Source: Mizuhopecten yessoensis
Taxonomy: Eukaryota
Direction: 5' to 3'
Length of the DNA stretch: 64,000 nt
NCBI RefSeq assembly: GCF_002113885.1
Contig: NW_018408822.1
Location: forward strand, 388,420-452,419
The position numbers and the translations under genes are program-made. Below, piece after piece: positions 13,101-26,503 of the stretch. The notes under the pieces were generated by a model. That model had not been told where the DNA came from. It ran no database searches and saw only the letters and a program-made list of their open reading frames with translations. Position 1 is the first letter of the stretch; each line of letters opens with the position of its first letter.

Positions 13101-15962
13101 TGTATTAACAAGCTGTTCCATGTAATATTTGATATAATATTAATTGAACTGTTCTTTCAATAATAGATAAACAAATAAATAATATAGCACAATTAGTTAA
13201 AATTTAACAACACCCTAATGTTTTGGTCATTTGCTGAGAAACCAAATCTGTAATTATTTATTAGTACCTTACAGGTGTATAAGTGATCAAATAACATTTT
13301 AAATAAACACTGTGGTTTAAAAAAAATAGTATTACAATGTACAGTTTATTTGAATAAACTGGAAAATGAAATTTCAAACGAAGATAAGCTATTTGTAGGT
13401 GTTTGAAAAACTGTGAATAAACGGAAATATGTATGTCTGGATTAGAATCATTTGAAGAAACCACCCTCCTCAGGTGAGAACTGGCAATGCCCTCAAGAAG
13501 TACCCAGGCATCAGTTTTATAAACGTTTCCTTATCGTAAGGAAAGTTCTTATGTTTCTTTCCACATGATAGCGTTATTGGAGTTGAAGAGAATTCTAGTT
13601 TAAGAAATTTTCCTTAAATTTTGTAATGCTTCACTATATATAAGATCATTTTTAAGTTAAGGAATTTCCCTAATAAAGTAATGTTCATAAAACTTGTGGA
13701 TATGAGAATGGTACCCTATAGGGGAGCTGTATCTGTCTCACCCTTTGCAATATCTGGATAAATTACATCACATCAGATCTAGATATACATCTGACAGCCC
13801 AGTCGTTATGTAAAAAAAAAAAAAAAAAATGTTTCATCCGAGCTACTCAAAATCGAACACTAGTGACAGACTTTGGGCCTAAAGCAAAAATTGTATCTTT
13901 AGTTTCATTTTTCTTTTATTTTCGGCATTTTATAAATTACTTTTCTGGCTTTTAATTTTCCAAAAAAATAATCGTCCATTTCAGCCTTCGTCATATATGT
14001 ACTTTTCCTCCTGATAAAATTATTTTTCTTAGGAATATACAGAGTTAAATGCAAAATCAGATAATAAAGGAATGGTTAGGGACTATATATTTATCACAGA
14101 TACAGGAATATTTCACTGTTATTTCAAACATTATCTGTATTCTATTTTTTTTCCTTCAAAACATAATGAGACACTTTTCAGTATTTTGTAGATATTACAT
14201 TTTTATGATTTGACCAAAAATATTGAAGCAAATTTATCATTATCTAAGAAAGCATTCTTCTTATTTTTATTTAATTTGCACCAGTATAAGGCGTATGACA
14301 GTATTTTACCTCATGTAAATAACACCTTCTATAATTCATAGTGCTCTATGTTAGTAAATTGGAGTCTAGTCTTCCCCCCTTTTCATATGTGAGCTCCTTT
14401 ATGCAACTAACAACTTTGTAATGTACTGATTTTAGTTTCATTATTTAATATCTTTTAAAATATATTTGAATACATCAGAGTATTAAGAAGTATCATTTTC
14501 CAATACATGATATAAATGAAAAGTGAAATTTACGTAGTTTTCTTTCACACTGATGATGATGATAATATTCTTTGGAACCTTATGCAAGTTATATAAACAT
14601 CATAATTTTTTACCTGTAAAATCACAGGTAGATCTACTGGTAAAATATCTCAGAAAATATAGTACATAAATGATACAAACTATAATTACCCTCCCTTTGA
14701 TGTTTCTACCTATTGTTCTAAAGATGTATGCGTTCAAGGAACACCCCCTTAAATAAATGTTTCCTACCCCCGACATTACCTAGTACGGGATTGATTCCGC
14801 TATCAGATATACGCCCAATGTAATGAATGGCAGTTGTCACGGCCGACAGAGGATCACTTACATTTACTTATATCCCTGACTAGGTTCAGTGTTACCGACA
14901 GTCACCAAATTAACGAGATGTCTTCAAAATATAAAGGGTAATCTAAGCAAACAAAAAAAACAAACGAGAACGCATATATGTACGTTTTACGGATCAATTT
15001 CTAATTATCATTATATCATATATCCAGAGACGTATATTCCTGGAAAACCCGTGTGCCCGTTGATTTCTTCCGGATACAGAAATTAAATATAAAGTTAAAC
15101 GGTATCCCTATACGATGAGAAAATATTTCAGTCCTTACTATTTTATGGATTCGTTTTAAAGTTCTACCATTACGTCAATCGAGGATGACCGTGTTCGTAA
15201 CATGAACTTTAAACATATGGATCGCACTTTAAGACCTGAGATAATATTCATAAAGTATAACATTTCTCAATAAATCAGATACTACATACCTCACCTTGGA
15301 AACCCTGACGAAGGAGTTTCACCACGACTAACAACTTGTTATGTATTTAATTCGACACTTCCGCCATCCTTGCCCAAAACCCTGAGGCATCTGCAATCTC
15401 TAAAGATAAAAATATCCGCAAATGCAAATATGCCCTTTGGCATAACTACATACAGTATGTTTACGAGTCTTACTATACTAGTTAGTCACGATCCCGGGAA
15501 CTTCAAGATCGTAGCTCTTATTTGTATATCCACTTTAAACAAGATAAAACAATATCTTTAAAAATTATCAAAGATAATATATTGTAGATGAAGCAAATGT
15601 AATAATTTAAGCGAAAAGAAAATGTACTACTTGTCACAAAATTACCGTGTTATTCAGTGAAATCGCCCGTATAATATACGGTACTCTGAAGATAAACTCA
15701 TGTAATATGACTTTTTGACGTCATAAAATTATAATAAAATGGCATCATACATTTCAAGATTATGTCATGATGTAACAATAGATACACTGTATAAAAGATA
15801 CAAATAACAGCTTAAAGCCTCAAAGTGACCTTCAAAAGTCGTACTATGAACAATTTATACCCGCCCAAATTGATTCATATGATAATAAAGGTTTCGTGTT
15901 TACCTACGACTATTTTTTTTCTTCATACCTCCAATTCCTGATAGTACTTATTGAATGTAACT

Positions 15963-18900
15963 CATGGGCGGATCCAGCATTTCATAAAAGGGGGGGGGGG
16001 GGGGGGGGGCAACTTCATGCCAAAGGTTATTTGAGGACCGAAGGCCGCCGAACGGGGGCCGTAGGCCGGTGCCAGGGTGAGGGCACGAGAGGGGGGCTGG
16101 CAGCCCCCTTCTCGTAAGGGGTGTACGGGGGGTCTCCCCCGGAAAAATTGAAATCCTAGATGACCGGAGATGGCTTTTAAGCACTTTTGAGAACAAAATG
16201 AGGATACTTGTTCATTACATACAAACATCGATATCCTGCAAATTATTTTCCATTCAACTTTAAAATTGGGGCATTATTTGGCAATAGACCCAATGTCACC
16301 CATTGGACTTTTGGATATTAAAGGAATTTAAAAGGTTATACAATACTCAAGTAAATACCACAGGTCAGCAATAAAATCATTATCAAAGAAAAAAGATACA
16401 AGTGTGGACGTAATTTATCTTCAAAAACCAGTAACATGTAAACGTACATGTAAATAAGCCGTTGCATGCGAGGATGAATGTCAATATATATGTATTGGAG
16501 AGGAAAGTACAGTGTCAGATCAAGTAACTAATAACATCGCAATATGACTTCACCACAACAATTTACTTGTCTCCAATTGTTATGTACCAGTCACTGAGAG
16601 AGTATGCAGCCAGCAAACATTTTTCTGATGTGTCTCTGAATGAAGGCCTGGCACACTTTGTCCAAACCAATGTCGATATCATGGTTCATGTTCATGAGTG
16701 CCAGTCCTGTCAGTCTATTTTCTCCCATCCTGTTCCTCAAGTAAGTCGTTAGCCGTCGCAGACAGGAAAATGATCTCTCTGCCTCGCAACTGCCCACAGG
16801 TAGGATACACCCAATTCTTAGCAGCGTGTTGAGATTAGGGAACACATCTTCGTCAGCATTGTCCAGGCAATCCACAAGGTTGAGCGATGAGGCAGGCTCC
16901 ATTGGCATTTTGGTATTCCAAAACCGCTGCCATTCCTTTATCTCCGCTCTGAGAGTTGGTGGATTAGGCAAGTCTTCTTCCCAGAATTTGAGGTTTTCAA
17001 CAACCTTCTGGACATCCTCCGTCTTTGTGATGTTCGGTGGCAGAAGAGCGAGGATCTCTACATCCTTTCTGGTTTCCGGGGTGAATCGGTTTGCGAATTC
17101 CGAAGATAAGTGGTCGCAGAATGGAATTGCCACGTTGCGCAAAAAATACTCACTTGGAGTCGTGCTAGGGGCGTTGAGTCGATGAAGTTGTCGTGCTGAT
17201 TTTGGTGCTCTTGGAGCGGAAATGGGAATGCCGACAAGTGTTGCCAATCGGGTGGCATCCTCAAACCAGACACTGAATTCTTCTTCAATGTCTTTTCGCA
17301 AAGTCACAATCCGAGCTTTGGTCTGGTCAATCATACCGTACGCCTGGTGTATGTCCAAATCCCTCTTCTGAAGCTTAGATGCAATTGGTCTTACATTCTC
17401 TAGTGCATTTTTTGTCACGAGAAAGGCGATTATTGTCTGTGAAGAGCACATACTGGCCAATAACGCCTGCGCCTTCGTCCTTGTTTCTTGGTCCCGGCTA
17501 CCGGTCCAGGTGTCCATGTAAATGTCTGGATATCCAGATGGGTCCAGTATTGCTTCTAGACATTCACATAAGTATCCGTACATATCGTAGAATGTGTCGA
17601 AGCATGTATGTCTCTCCACCCACCGGGTCTTGCACAGCCCAACAAGCTTCTTCTTGCGGGTGGTTGGCGCCATGTTGTCAAGAATTCTCTCGAGGAACCT
17701 CTGTCGTTTCGGAGACAAATCAAAGAACAGAAACACGGCGTTCAGAATGTCTATCATATTCCGGATGGCGGGTTGTTTACATGCACTAGCAATGCTGAGA
17801 TTGAGGACGTGGCTGTTACAGTGAACATATAACGCGCGCGGGGAAAGTTGTCGGATCCGTGCCTGGACACCCATCTTCGCCGAGGACATGCAAGCTGCGC
17901 CATCGTAGCTCTGGACCCTAGCCTGGGATATGTCAATGTGGTTTTGTCTGAGACACTCGGTGATAGCATGTGCTATTGATTCCCCAGTCGCCCTCTCTAG
18001 ATAAACGAAATTGAAAAATAGTTCGCGGACCCTTGGACGTCTACCGGTCAGCAACCTCAAACACACGGACAAAATTTCCTGGTTACTATAGGGGTCAGTT
18101 CTTTCCTGTCGCCAGGTGTTGTTGGAGAACATCGTCGTGCTTTGCCTGCATTTCTAAAATAGCCAAAAAGTTCCCTTTATTTGATGATGTGCTGGTCCGG
18201 TCATCTCTGTGGCCTCTTAATGGAAAATTTTGCTTCCCGCACAGAACAATCGCTTCAGTTGTACATGGTGTACCTTCATTTCCATTGGGGGTTTTCTTGG
18301 CTTTTTTGTGATACCAAACGCCAAAAGTGTTGCCGGTTCATGATTCCGCCTTTTCTTAGGCGCCATGCTATACCAAGACAATATTAAAAGTGAAATTTTA
18401 ATATGCAATAAACTGGAATATAGCATAAAGGAATAGGCTACTATGATGTGTTATCAATGATTAATATTGGCAATGATGGGCTTCCATACTTCTTTATGTT
18501 TTGTTTTAACAAAATACGTCTCATACCGAACTATCTTCAATATGCTTTAACAATTACACAACATATCTTAAAATCGTTGTCAATGAAGTGAACATTTACA
18601 GTTGTTTCTCGTTTTTAGTCTTATTCATATGACGTGTTTTGATTAAGAACTTACCGAGAATCGTAGTAAGTTTATGACCCGACGTTCACCATCTCAAATC
18701 TTCGTCGTCTGCAACAAGCATTATCTCCCCTGTCTCACTACGGTCACCAGTACACACCACCCGGTTTACGCATCTCCTTCGTATTTTTTTTTTATTCGGG
18801 AATCTTAGCAGAACTTACCAGATGGGGTATTTACCAAACATTGCGAGTCGGCGCGTCCGATATTCCGTCATTTTACACAAGTTTATATAATCGTTAAACG

Positions 18901-19656
18901 ATATATATATATGAAGGACTTTGCACATACTTTTAATCACAGGTGTAGCTTGTCATAAGATATTCCGTCCCTCCATCAAGATCCCTACCCGACCCGCGGG
19001 CAATGAGGGGTAGTGGTCGGATTCTGAGATGCGATAAAAATAATCCTATACTTGTGCAAAGGGAAATCATGCCTATTATAGGCATGGTTTCCATTTGCAC
19101 ACACACCCTCACACCCTTGAAAATGTTAGTGTGTGTTTGTGTCTGTTGAGAGGTTATAGTAGACAGTTCAAGTTAATTTGGTGAGGTTTTAGGGGGATGG
19201 GATAGGGGATGGGATGCGTACGGCAGCTACCCCCTCCCCCCAATACATCTGTGTCTGGCTGTCAACTGTCAGGTTAAAACATTCATGTTCCCTCCCTGTG
19301 TCTTGCTATTGTTCCAAATATTTCCGTGTTTAAGCATATCAAATGAATACAAATCAAAAATAGAATTGTACATTATGATTTCCGTGGAGTATGATATAGA
19401 AACAAGCATCTGTACTAGGTACATGTATAGGGTTTGATAAGATTAACATTGGTACCGACCCTACACCAGTAGTCTCATATTATTGGGAAATTTATTTACG
19501 GCGGTAAGTAAATATATGGCCGAACGAAGCGAGGCGACAATTTTAGGCGTAAGTTTTTAAAGAAAAAAAAAACGGTGGTAAAAAGGGGGAGGGGGTGTCC
19601 GGACCCCGTGGACCCCCTCCCCCCNNNNNNNNNNNCCCCCCTTGCATCCGCCTATG
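15963..19656 (-). mobile_element. hAT DNA transposon (ZMYM1/PRKRIR-like DUF4371 transposase), internally deleted, about 3.7 kb
   Basis: Imperfect TIRs CATGGGCGGATCCAG (15963) and TTGCATCCGCCTATG (ends 19656). GC-rich subterminal regions with poly-G/C tracts. Transposase ORF inside. The TSD is degenerate and not convincing. Confidence 0.85.
16591..18366 (-). pseudogene. hAT transposase, defective: C-terminal about 500 aa open, N-terminus broken by deletions and frameshift
   Basis: Motifs QSYDGAACM (second catalytic D), VHCNSH (CxxH), CKTRW, AERSFS (catalytic E) and the C-terminal dimerisation region LRNRMGENRLTGLALMN. Upstream in other frames: MAPKKRR start and the DUF4371 motif CGKQNFPLRGHRDD...NKGNFL. 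The junction at about 18110 removes the first catalytic D (DExTD reduced to TDP). Confidence 0.88.
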
Positions 19657-19797
19657 TTAAACTTAATCGATAGTTATATCAAAGTATATTTGAACTCATG
19701 ATACAACATGTCTACGATTGGCACAAGGTCAAATAGTTCTCATTGTGATCATCCCAATACGACTGTTAATTTTTCCAGAAAGTTGTTGCGGAGATAG

Positions 19798-19920
19798 GTA
19801 CCAGACATCGTGATACATACCACGGACTGAGATAATCTAATTCCGTGGTACTAGACATCGCGATACATACCACGGACTTAGATAATCTAATTCCGTGGTA
19901 CTAGACATCGTGATACATAC
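19798..19920. repeat. 50-bp tandem repeat (about 2.5 copies) containing a 27-bp mini-palindrome CACGGACTTAGATAATCTAATTCCGTG
   Basis: Palindromic units at 19821-19847 and 19871-19897, separated by the 23-bp gtactagacatcgtgatacatac. Confidence 0.85.
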
Positions 19921-20599
19921 GTAAGGAAACGCCTTTCATTATCATTTGTAATGCCGAGTACGTACCTTAGACATCAAAACATAGACTTACATTGTAACAC
20001 ATCACCTGTCGTTATTACGACTGATCACAAACATTGTATTCCATTGATATCACAACCACAATGGGCTTTGGTCTGGTAACGACTATTTTATACTCATGGT
20101 ATAAATAGATAAAAAAAAAACATCTATTATATATATAAGCGACAAAATGGCACGAAATTTGCATCGGTAACAAAGCTGCAGCTGGGCCATACGGCTGTTT
20201 TATATATATTACATGATTTTACCACTGACTTAGAATCTAATCCCTTGGTTGTCCTCCGCAGACATCAACATGTTATAGAAGTATCACATTACCAACGAAC
20301 GCAAATATTCGTAAAACCACGGAATTATCTAAGTCTGTGGTAAAACAAATCCCTGACCTTCATCAAGTCTTCAATGTTGCCAACTTGACATTATGATCTG
20401 TATTAAATGCTCATTCTTATAAGAGCATAGTGTTCACACGTATATTCCTAATCATAATACGTCTGAAGTATTGTAGTCACAAAGTGTATCCATCATTACA
20501 CAAAACAGTATTGCATTCTTAAACATTGCTATAGGGAGTAGAACTGATTATAATAATATATGACAACGATAGAAAATGTGAACTCTTAAATAACTACTT

Positions 20600-22210
20600 T
20601 AGTTCTGTGTGTTCGTTATCAGAAATTGATACAAAGAATTGCCTTTTTTTGAGAGGAGGACTGACTCCATCTTATCAGAAATAAATATAATTCCCAGTGA
20701 AGTTGAAGATATTATAAAAAGTCTAGATGTAAATAAGGCATCAGGTCCTGACGGTATTAGCCATAAAATGCTCAAATTATTATCTAGCGAGATCTCTGTA
20801 CCGCTATCCATTATTTTTAATCATTCTCTGTCTTCTTGTTCATATCCTGATAACTGTAAAATCGCTCATGTCATGCCTATCTATAAAGCGAATGATGCAA
20901 GTATTACCTCCAATTACAGACCGATTTCATTGATAAGCTGTATTGAAAAACTGTTTGAGCGTTTGGTTTATAAACATGTATATAACTTTTTGATTGAAAA
21001 TGACCTTTTTTTTACAAATATCAGTCAGGATTCTTACCTAACCATTCCACGACACATCAACTTATTGAGCTATATCATTCAATAGTTAACTCTTTAGACA
21101 ATTACGAACATTCTCTATTAATATTTTGTGATTTTTCAAAAGCTTTTGACCGCGTCTGGCACAGAGGTCTAATACATAAATTGAATAATTATGGCATTTC
21201 TGGCCCTCTTCTTCAGTGGATAACTAGTTATCTTTCAAACAGACAACAGGCGGTTTTTATCAATGATTCTCTTTCTTCCTTTAAGGTCATAAAAGCTGGT
21301 GTTCCTCAAGGTTCTGTTCTTGGTCCTCTTTTCTTCCTTATATACATAAATGATATTTCCTGTGATCTTTCCTCTCTCTCTAGACTTTTTGCAGATGATA
21401 CCACTCTTTCTTATTCGTCCCAAGACATAAACACAATTTCATCCAATGCAAAATCTGATCTGAGAAAACTTGAAGTTTGGTCCAAAGAATGGCTGATGTC
21501 TTTTAACCCTACCAAAACTGAGGCCCTAGTCATCTCAAATCGGCAAGTTCCATTCATCCCTGCATTCACATTTAATAATACCCCCATTCAAATAACTAAC
21601 CAACATAAGCACTTAGGTGTTAGTTATTCTTACTAACGACTGTAAATGGAATGTTCATGTTGAATATATTGTCAGTAAAGTAACCAAATATATAGCAACC
21701 CTTCGTAAACTAAAACTTATTTTAAAAAGAAATACATTAGAAAAACTATATCTTACTTATGTTCGACCACTACTGGAATATGCATGTGAAGTATGGGACA
21801 ACTGCGGTGAAACAAATGCCCTGTTACTAGAAAAAATCCATCTAGAAGCTGCAAGAATAGTCACAGGGCTGCCCACATTCACTAAAAAAGATTTCTTATA
21901 TCAAGAAACCGGATGGTTACCCCTTTCGAAAAGAAGAGATGCTCGGAAACTTTCCTTGTTTTATTCTATAGTAAATAACATGGCACCTAAATTTCTTACT
22001 GACTTATTACCAATGTATATTGGAAATATAGCTCCGTATAATTTGCGAAATGCACATTTACTGCGGGAACAGCACTTCCGTTTACAACTATCAAAAAATT
22101 CTTTCTTTCCTTCCACATTAAAATTCTGGAACAACTTGAACAACACTGTAAGAAACTCACCCTCACTAAATTCTTTTATGTCTAATGTAAAAAAGTCCAT
22201 GATAGTAAAT
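20600..22210 (+). mobile_element. 5'-truncated CR1-group LINE ORF2 (reverse transcriptase) fragment, frameshifted
   Basis: KASGPDGI, NYRPISLISCIEKLFERLV, DFSKAFDRVWH, GVPQGSVLGP, LFADD, HKHLGV, RPLLEYACEVW and SFFPSTLKFWN, split over three frames. Confidence 0.92.
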
Positions 22211-23329
22211 AATTTGTTTTACATAAGGTACAATTGTTCCCGGTTGGTGTTATAGTCGAAGTAACAGTAGAAGTTCTTGTCGGTCAATTCCAACGTCAAA
22301 TACTTCTTATTGAAGAAGAATCTACTACGCTTTTTGGCACTCTTTTTCTGGAGGGAAATTTTACGAATTGCTAGTCTACTTTCTCAATGCATAGTGAAGT
22401 CTTATACTTTATTTTTGTTCCAACTAAATGTTAGAGAAGTGAACACCTTCATTATCGTTCTCGCTGTTTGCTAATTTGTAAAGTAAAATAATTTCTCCTT
22501 GGAGTCTAATATAGCGTCGGTAGATTGAGTGAGTTTAGTCTATTTTTGTATCGTAGGCCCTTCATTTGAATTTTGTCAGTTTCTCTTCTTTGTAAATTCT
22601 GTTTTTTTTCTTCTATATTTCAATATTCACATGCTTACCTTCTCAAAGTTAAGCCGTAGTAAATACTCCATTTTATCATTCCCCTTTTAACTTTTAAAAT
22701 GCCTTTTATTTTGCCGAGTTCCTGCTCATCATTTAAAAACATTTTAAATGCACTGACAAAATGATAAAGCTACCGAAATAATGAACACAACACAGTTGTA
22801 GATTCACAAAATGTATTGCAGTAGAAATTGAAATCGATAAATATCTGAAAATGTCACAATAGAGTCAGTAACAACAAAGCAAAGTATTGCGTGACAACAT
22901 ATGGTCTCAAACCGGTAAACGTTTGTTTGTACACCGAATAAAAGGACACTTAATTATCTCAGGGTCAAAACTTCTTCAGAAATCTTCTGATGCGTGAGTG
23001 TTACTTAAAGACATATTTCTAATTGCTGAATAATTTTGCTGCAAATTAACCGATGCTTGCATCATGGATTTTTTGTTTTCAATCATATTTGTCATATAGG
23101 TCACAGCGACCATATGCCCAGATAAACTGCTTGAATGATTTGGGTCAAATGCCAAAATATCAGTTAAACTGATATAGCCTGCTTCCTAATACATACCTGA
23201 ATCCTAGTTTTATAGTAAACAAAATATGTCCCTAATATTTCAAGACTTGGGTCATATAGGTTAAATATTGGTCAAAATGACCTACATTTAGTGCGCAAAA
23301 AAAAACAATCTAAAAATGTATCTGATAAA

Positions 23330-24165
23330 ACAAGAATTCCACGGAGGTGGATGTGTCGCCTGCGCAGGAAGCTGGGAGATTTCGAAGAAATAGATACACT
23401 TTTCATTTCAAGAAATAATGTTAAAAGTAAGCAATAATCATAGATTATGTTTTTGAATGGCATCATTTTGTTATATAATCTGTTATTCTGGGAAGAATAC
23501 TCTGAGTTTTAAAGAACTTGCGATGGATACTTATTGTCTCAATTCCAAGTTTAATTTGTATGATTTGTCGGATGGTTTCCCATAAATAAATGAATAAACT
23601 TGTGGATTATGATGTTAAACAGCTAGTGTTGTCAATAACATTTGGAGTAAGACGGCATTTCAGATGTATACACGGTGGGTCAAGTGGTAGATCAAAGCCG
23701 TTCAGTATACAGTTTTAGTGAAGTTTCTATTTATAGTAACAGTGACCTTGACCTTTGACCTTCGGACATGAAAAGCAATCCCAAGCAAGCACTTTTGGTA
23801 AGGAAGCACTTCATGAAGTTTGAGTTTGATCGGCCCAAGGAAACTAGTTAGTGCAAAACAGTGACCTTGACCTTTGACCTTCGGACCTGAAAAGCAATCC
23901 CAAGCAAGCACTTTTGGTAAGGAAGCACTGCATGAAGTTTGAGTTTGATCGGCCCAAGGAAACTAGTTAGTGCACAACAGTGACCTTGACCTTTGACCTT
24001 CGGACCTAAAAAGCAATTCCAAGCAAGCACTTTTGGTAAGGAGGCACTACATGAAGTTTGAGTTTGATCGGCCCAAGGAAACTCAAGTTATTGCACGAAA
24101 ACCTCTGTTCGGACGACGCTGACATTGCAATACCTATGTGTCACCAGCTTTTCGCAGGCGACACA
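23330..24165 (-). mobile_element. Non-autonomous Helentron-type element (HINE) with an internal 119-bp tandem array (about 3 copies, 23741-24085)
   Basis: Subterminal IR tgtgtcgcctgcg (about 23352) / cgcaggcgacaca (about 24153). Terminal hairpin, GGACGACG microsatellite remnant, GTGACCTTGACCTTTGACC satellite units, A/T-run insertion sites. Confidence 0.8.
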
Positions 24166-24540
24166 AAAAGTATAGAAAAGATTTTCTGGACAATCCCCTG
24201 TTAAATTATTGGGACTGTGCTCAACATACATGTAGACTGGCTGCATTTTACTACTAGCTTATCTCCCCCTAGTTTGAGAACTTAGAATCAAACATCCAAG
24301 TGATCACAATTTTTAGAGTTTATTTTTTTCTTAATGATTCAATATTCTAGAGATGGGGGCCAGTCGATGCTCAACATAACAATCACAATGACCTACTTTT
24401 TACATGACAAAATCCCATCCCAAAATGTACCTACCTTAATTTGGTAACTCCTTAAAACTATAAGAGATATGCACAGGGAAACTTTTGGGACGGAAGGAAG
24501 GACGGAATGCAGAAAAAAGATTAATAAATACATACAAATG

Positions 24541-24735
24541 GAGAATTCGTTACATCTATATTTAGACCAAAACTAAGGTGTTTATAGTAATTTTACACAA
24601 TTGGGGGGTTTAGATTAATTTTCGGTAAAAATGCCAGCCCCAATTATCATCATTGGGGGTTGCATTTTTACCGACCCCCCCCCNATTACTCTAAACATCT
24701 TAGTTTAGGTCCAAATATAGCTGTAACATATTCTC
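24541..24735. mobile_element. MITE-like foldback element (about 195 bp) with about 50-bp TIRs and a nested inner inverted repeat
   Basis: gagaattcgttacatctatatttagacc... / ...ggtccaaatatagctgtaacatattctc; inner cggtaaaaatgc...gcatttttaccg. Confidence 0.65.
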
Positions 24736-26503
24736 AGGTCCCTGTGATCGTAAAGTCTACACTTACTTTTTTTCCATGAAGTAATATTCTACATTTTAAC
24801 ACATTCTTTTCATAAAATAAATGTAGAATAATGAGATTAGTTTATTATTTAAGAAGAACTCCATGAATGTGAATGCTTTATCTGCCCCCATTGGTAGCCA
24901 TGTTGATTTTTATACTTGGGACTAAATCAACATTGAGCGGGTATGGATATTATAGGCGTGCATAGAAACATTCACGAAAATCAAAGCACTCATTCAATAT
25001 TTCATAAAACCCAAGTGTTAAATTTCATGTTTGGTTCAAAATGGAATTTAAGCAGTTAATAGATACTATTGGCATGTACAGATCCTTTCATGAAAATCGA
25101 AGGATTCCTTCACCATCATACGTAAACCATGCAGCATATCATAAAACCAAAGATCTCAGCTGCTGGCATTGTTGATTTTCAGATTGAGCTTGAGCAGGTA
25201 ACTGTTACATTTACTATTGGTATGTGTAAAAACTGAAAAATGAAAGAGTTACGGCTTGGATAACATTTGTCCAGACGATGACAATGCAAGGTGATCCTGT
25301 CAGCTTTGCTTTGCATGTGACACAAAAATGGCAAGGAATGATGAAATACAATAAAATTGAATGATCTACATGTGTACAATGCATTACAATAATTACACTG
25401 ATACTACAGATCAAATATAATTTACCTTACATTAAACACAGGTAAGGACACTTAATGATAACATGGAATGGGAATCAGATCTAGACATACTGCAACTGTA
25501 TCAGGAAACTAGACATACTACAGCTGTATCAGGACAAACATCACCAATATGATCTGCTTACTATTGATCTCCTCAGACAAATTACACAGCAATTATAACC
25601 TTGCGATTTCTAACAATACAATATTGAGGGTATAAATACCAATGACATAACTAGGGCAAAAGAAAATATCAAACTCAACACAAATAACGTGTTACATATT
25701 CGTACACAGTATACAAGGTACATCAAATACATGCTAGGAGCTGGATACAAAACTGCAGTTGTAATATCAAAAGACTATTGTTCAGGTGAGAAAACAGCTT
25801 TATTTCTGGGCCCAGTTGTTACAAGTCTGATCAGCCCAGTGCCAAATTTACACAAATCTGTCATTATCTATAACTTACAGTAAAGCCTTGTCATACTGCC
25901 ACCATCCAGTTTAACGGTTACAACCAGCTGAACCTTTAGGTTTTGATCTGAACCGAAGCTGACCTCAGGATTATTTGACACATGTGTATTGAGGTGTACA
26001 GACAAACCTGACTGAAACTAAAATGCTAACTATTGCTATAGTTTGCTTTATTTCTGCATAAAGCAAGAACGATTGACATACATATTTCGTGAGTTGTTTT
26101 AAAAGTAAGTGTCCAGAGAAATTTTACCATTATAAAGGGGTTTGGCAATAAATTGAGGGAAATGTATAGACATTGAAATATTTTGCAGTAAATGACCATG
26201 AGGTGGCAATTGAAATGAGGGGCATTATATCATGGTTTTACTGTATTTTAAAAATTGATAAAATTTAAGACTTCATGTACAGAACATCAAAACTTTTTTC
26301 CTTCAACAAAAAACATTAAGATATTTCTTGAAAACCCCTAGCAATGTGAATAAAAATATGTTGATTTGTTAAGCTTATCAATCTGTGAACATGTATAAAC
26401 GTATACCTTGATCATGATGATTAAGAAAATATGAAATTGTAGAACTTATTGCAGATTTGCATTTTCTTACATGTCACTCAAAAACCCATGATGATATAAT
26501 GAA

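Noticed and set aside
15300-15345. Hammerhead ribozyme at CCTGACGAAGG
   Set aside because: No downstream GAAA core or closing stems are visible.
16826-18387. + strand ORFs over the transposase; likewise antisense ORFs over Gypsy pol and the LINEs
   Set aside because: Shadow frames of TE coding sequence.
19798-19920. CRISPR-like repeat/spacer pattern
   Set aside because: The putative spacers are near-identical to each other, so it is a simple tandem repeat. Eukaryotic context and no cas genes.
22210-22740. Possible minus-strand L1/Tx1 ORF2 remnant
   Set aside because: Too degenerate to support without a database search.
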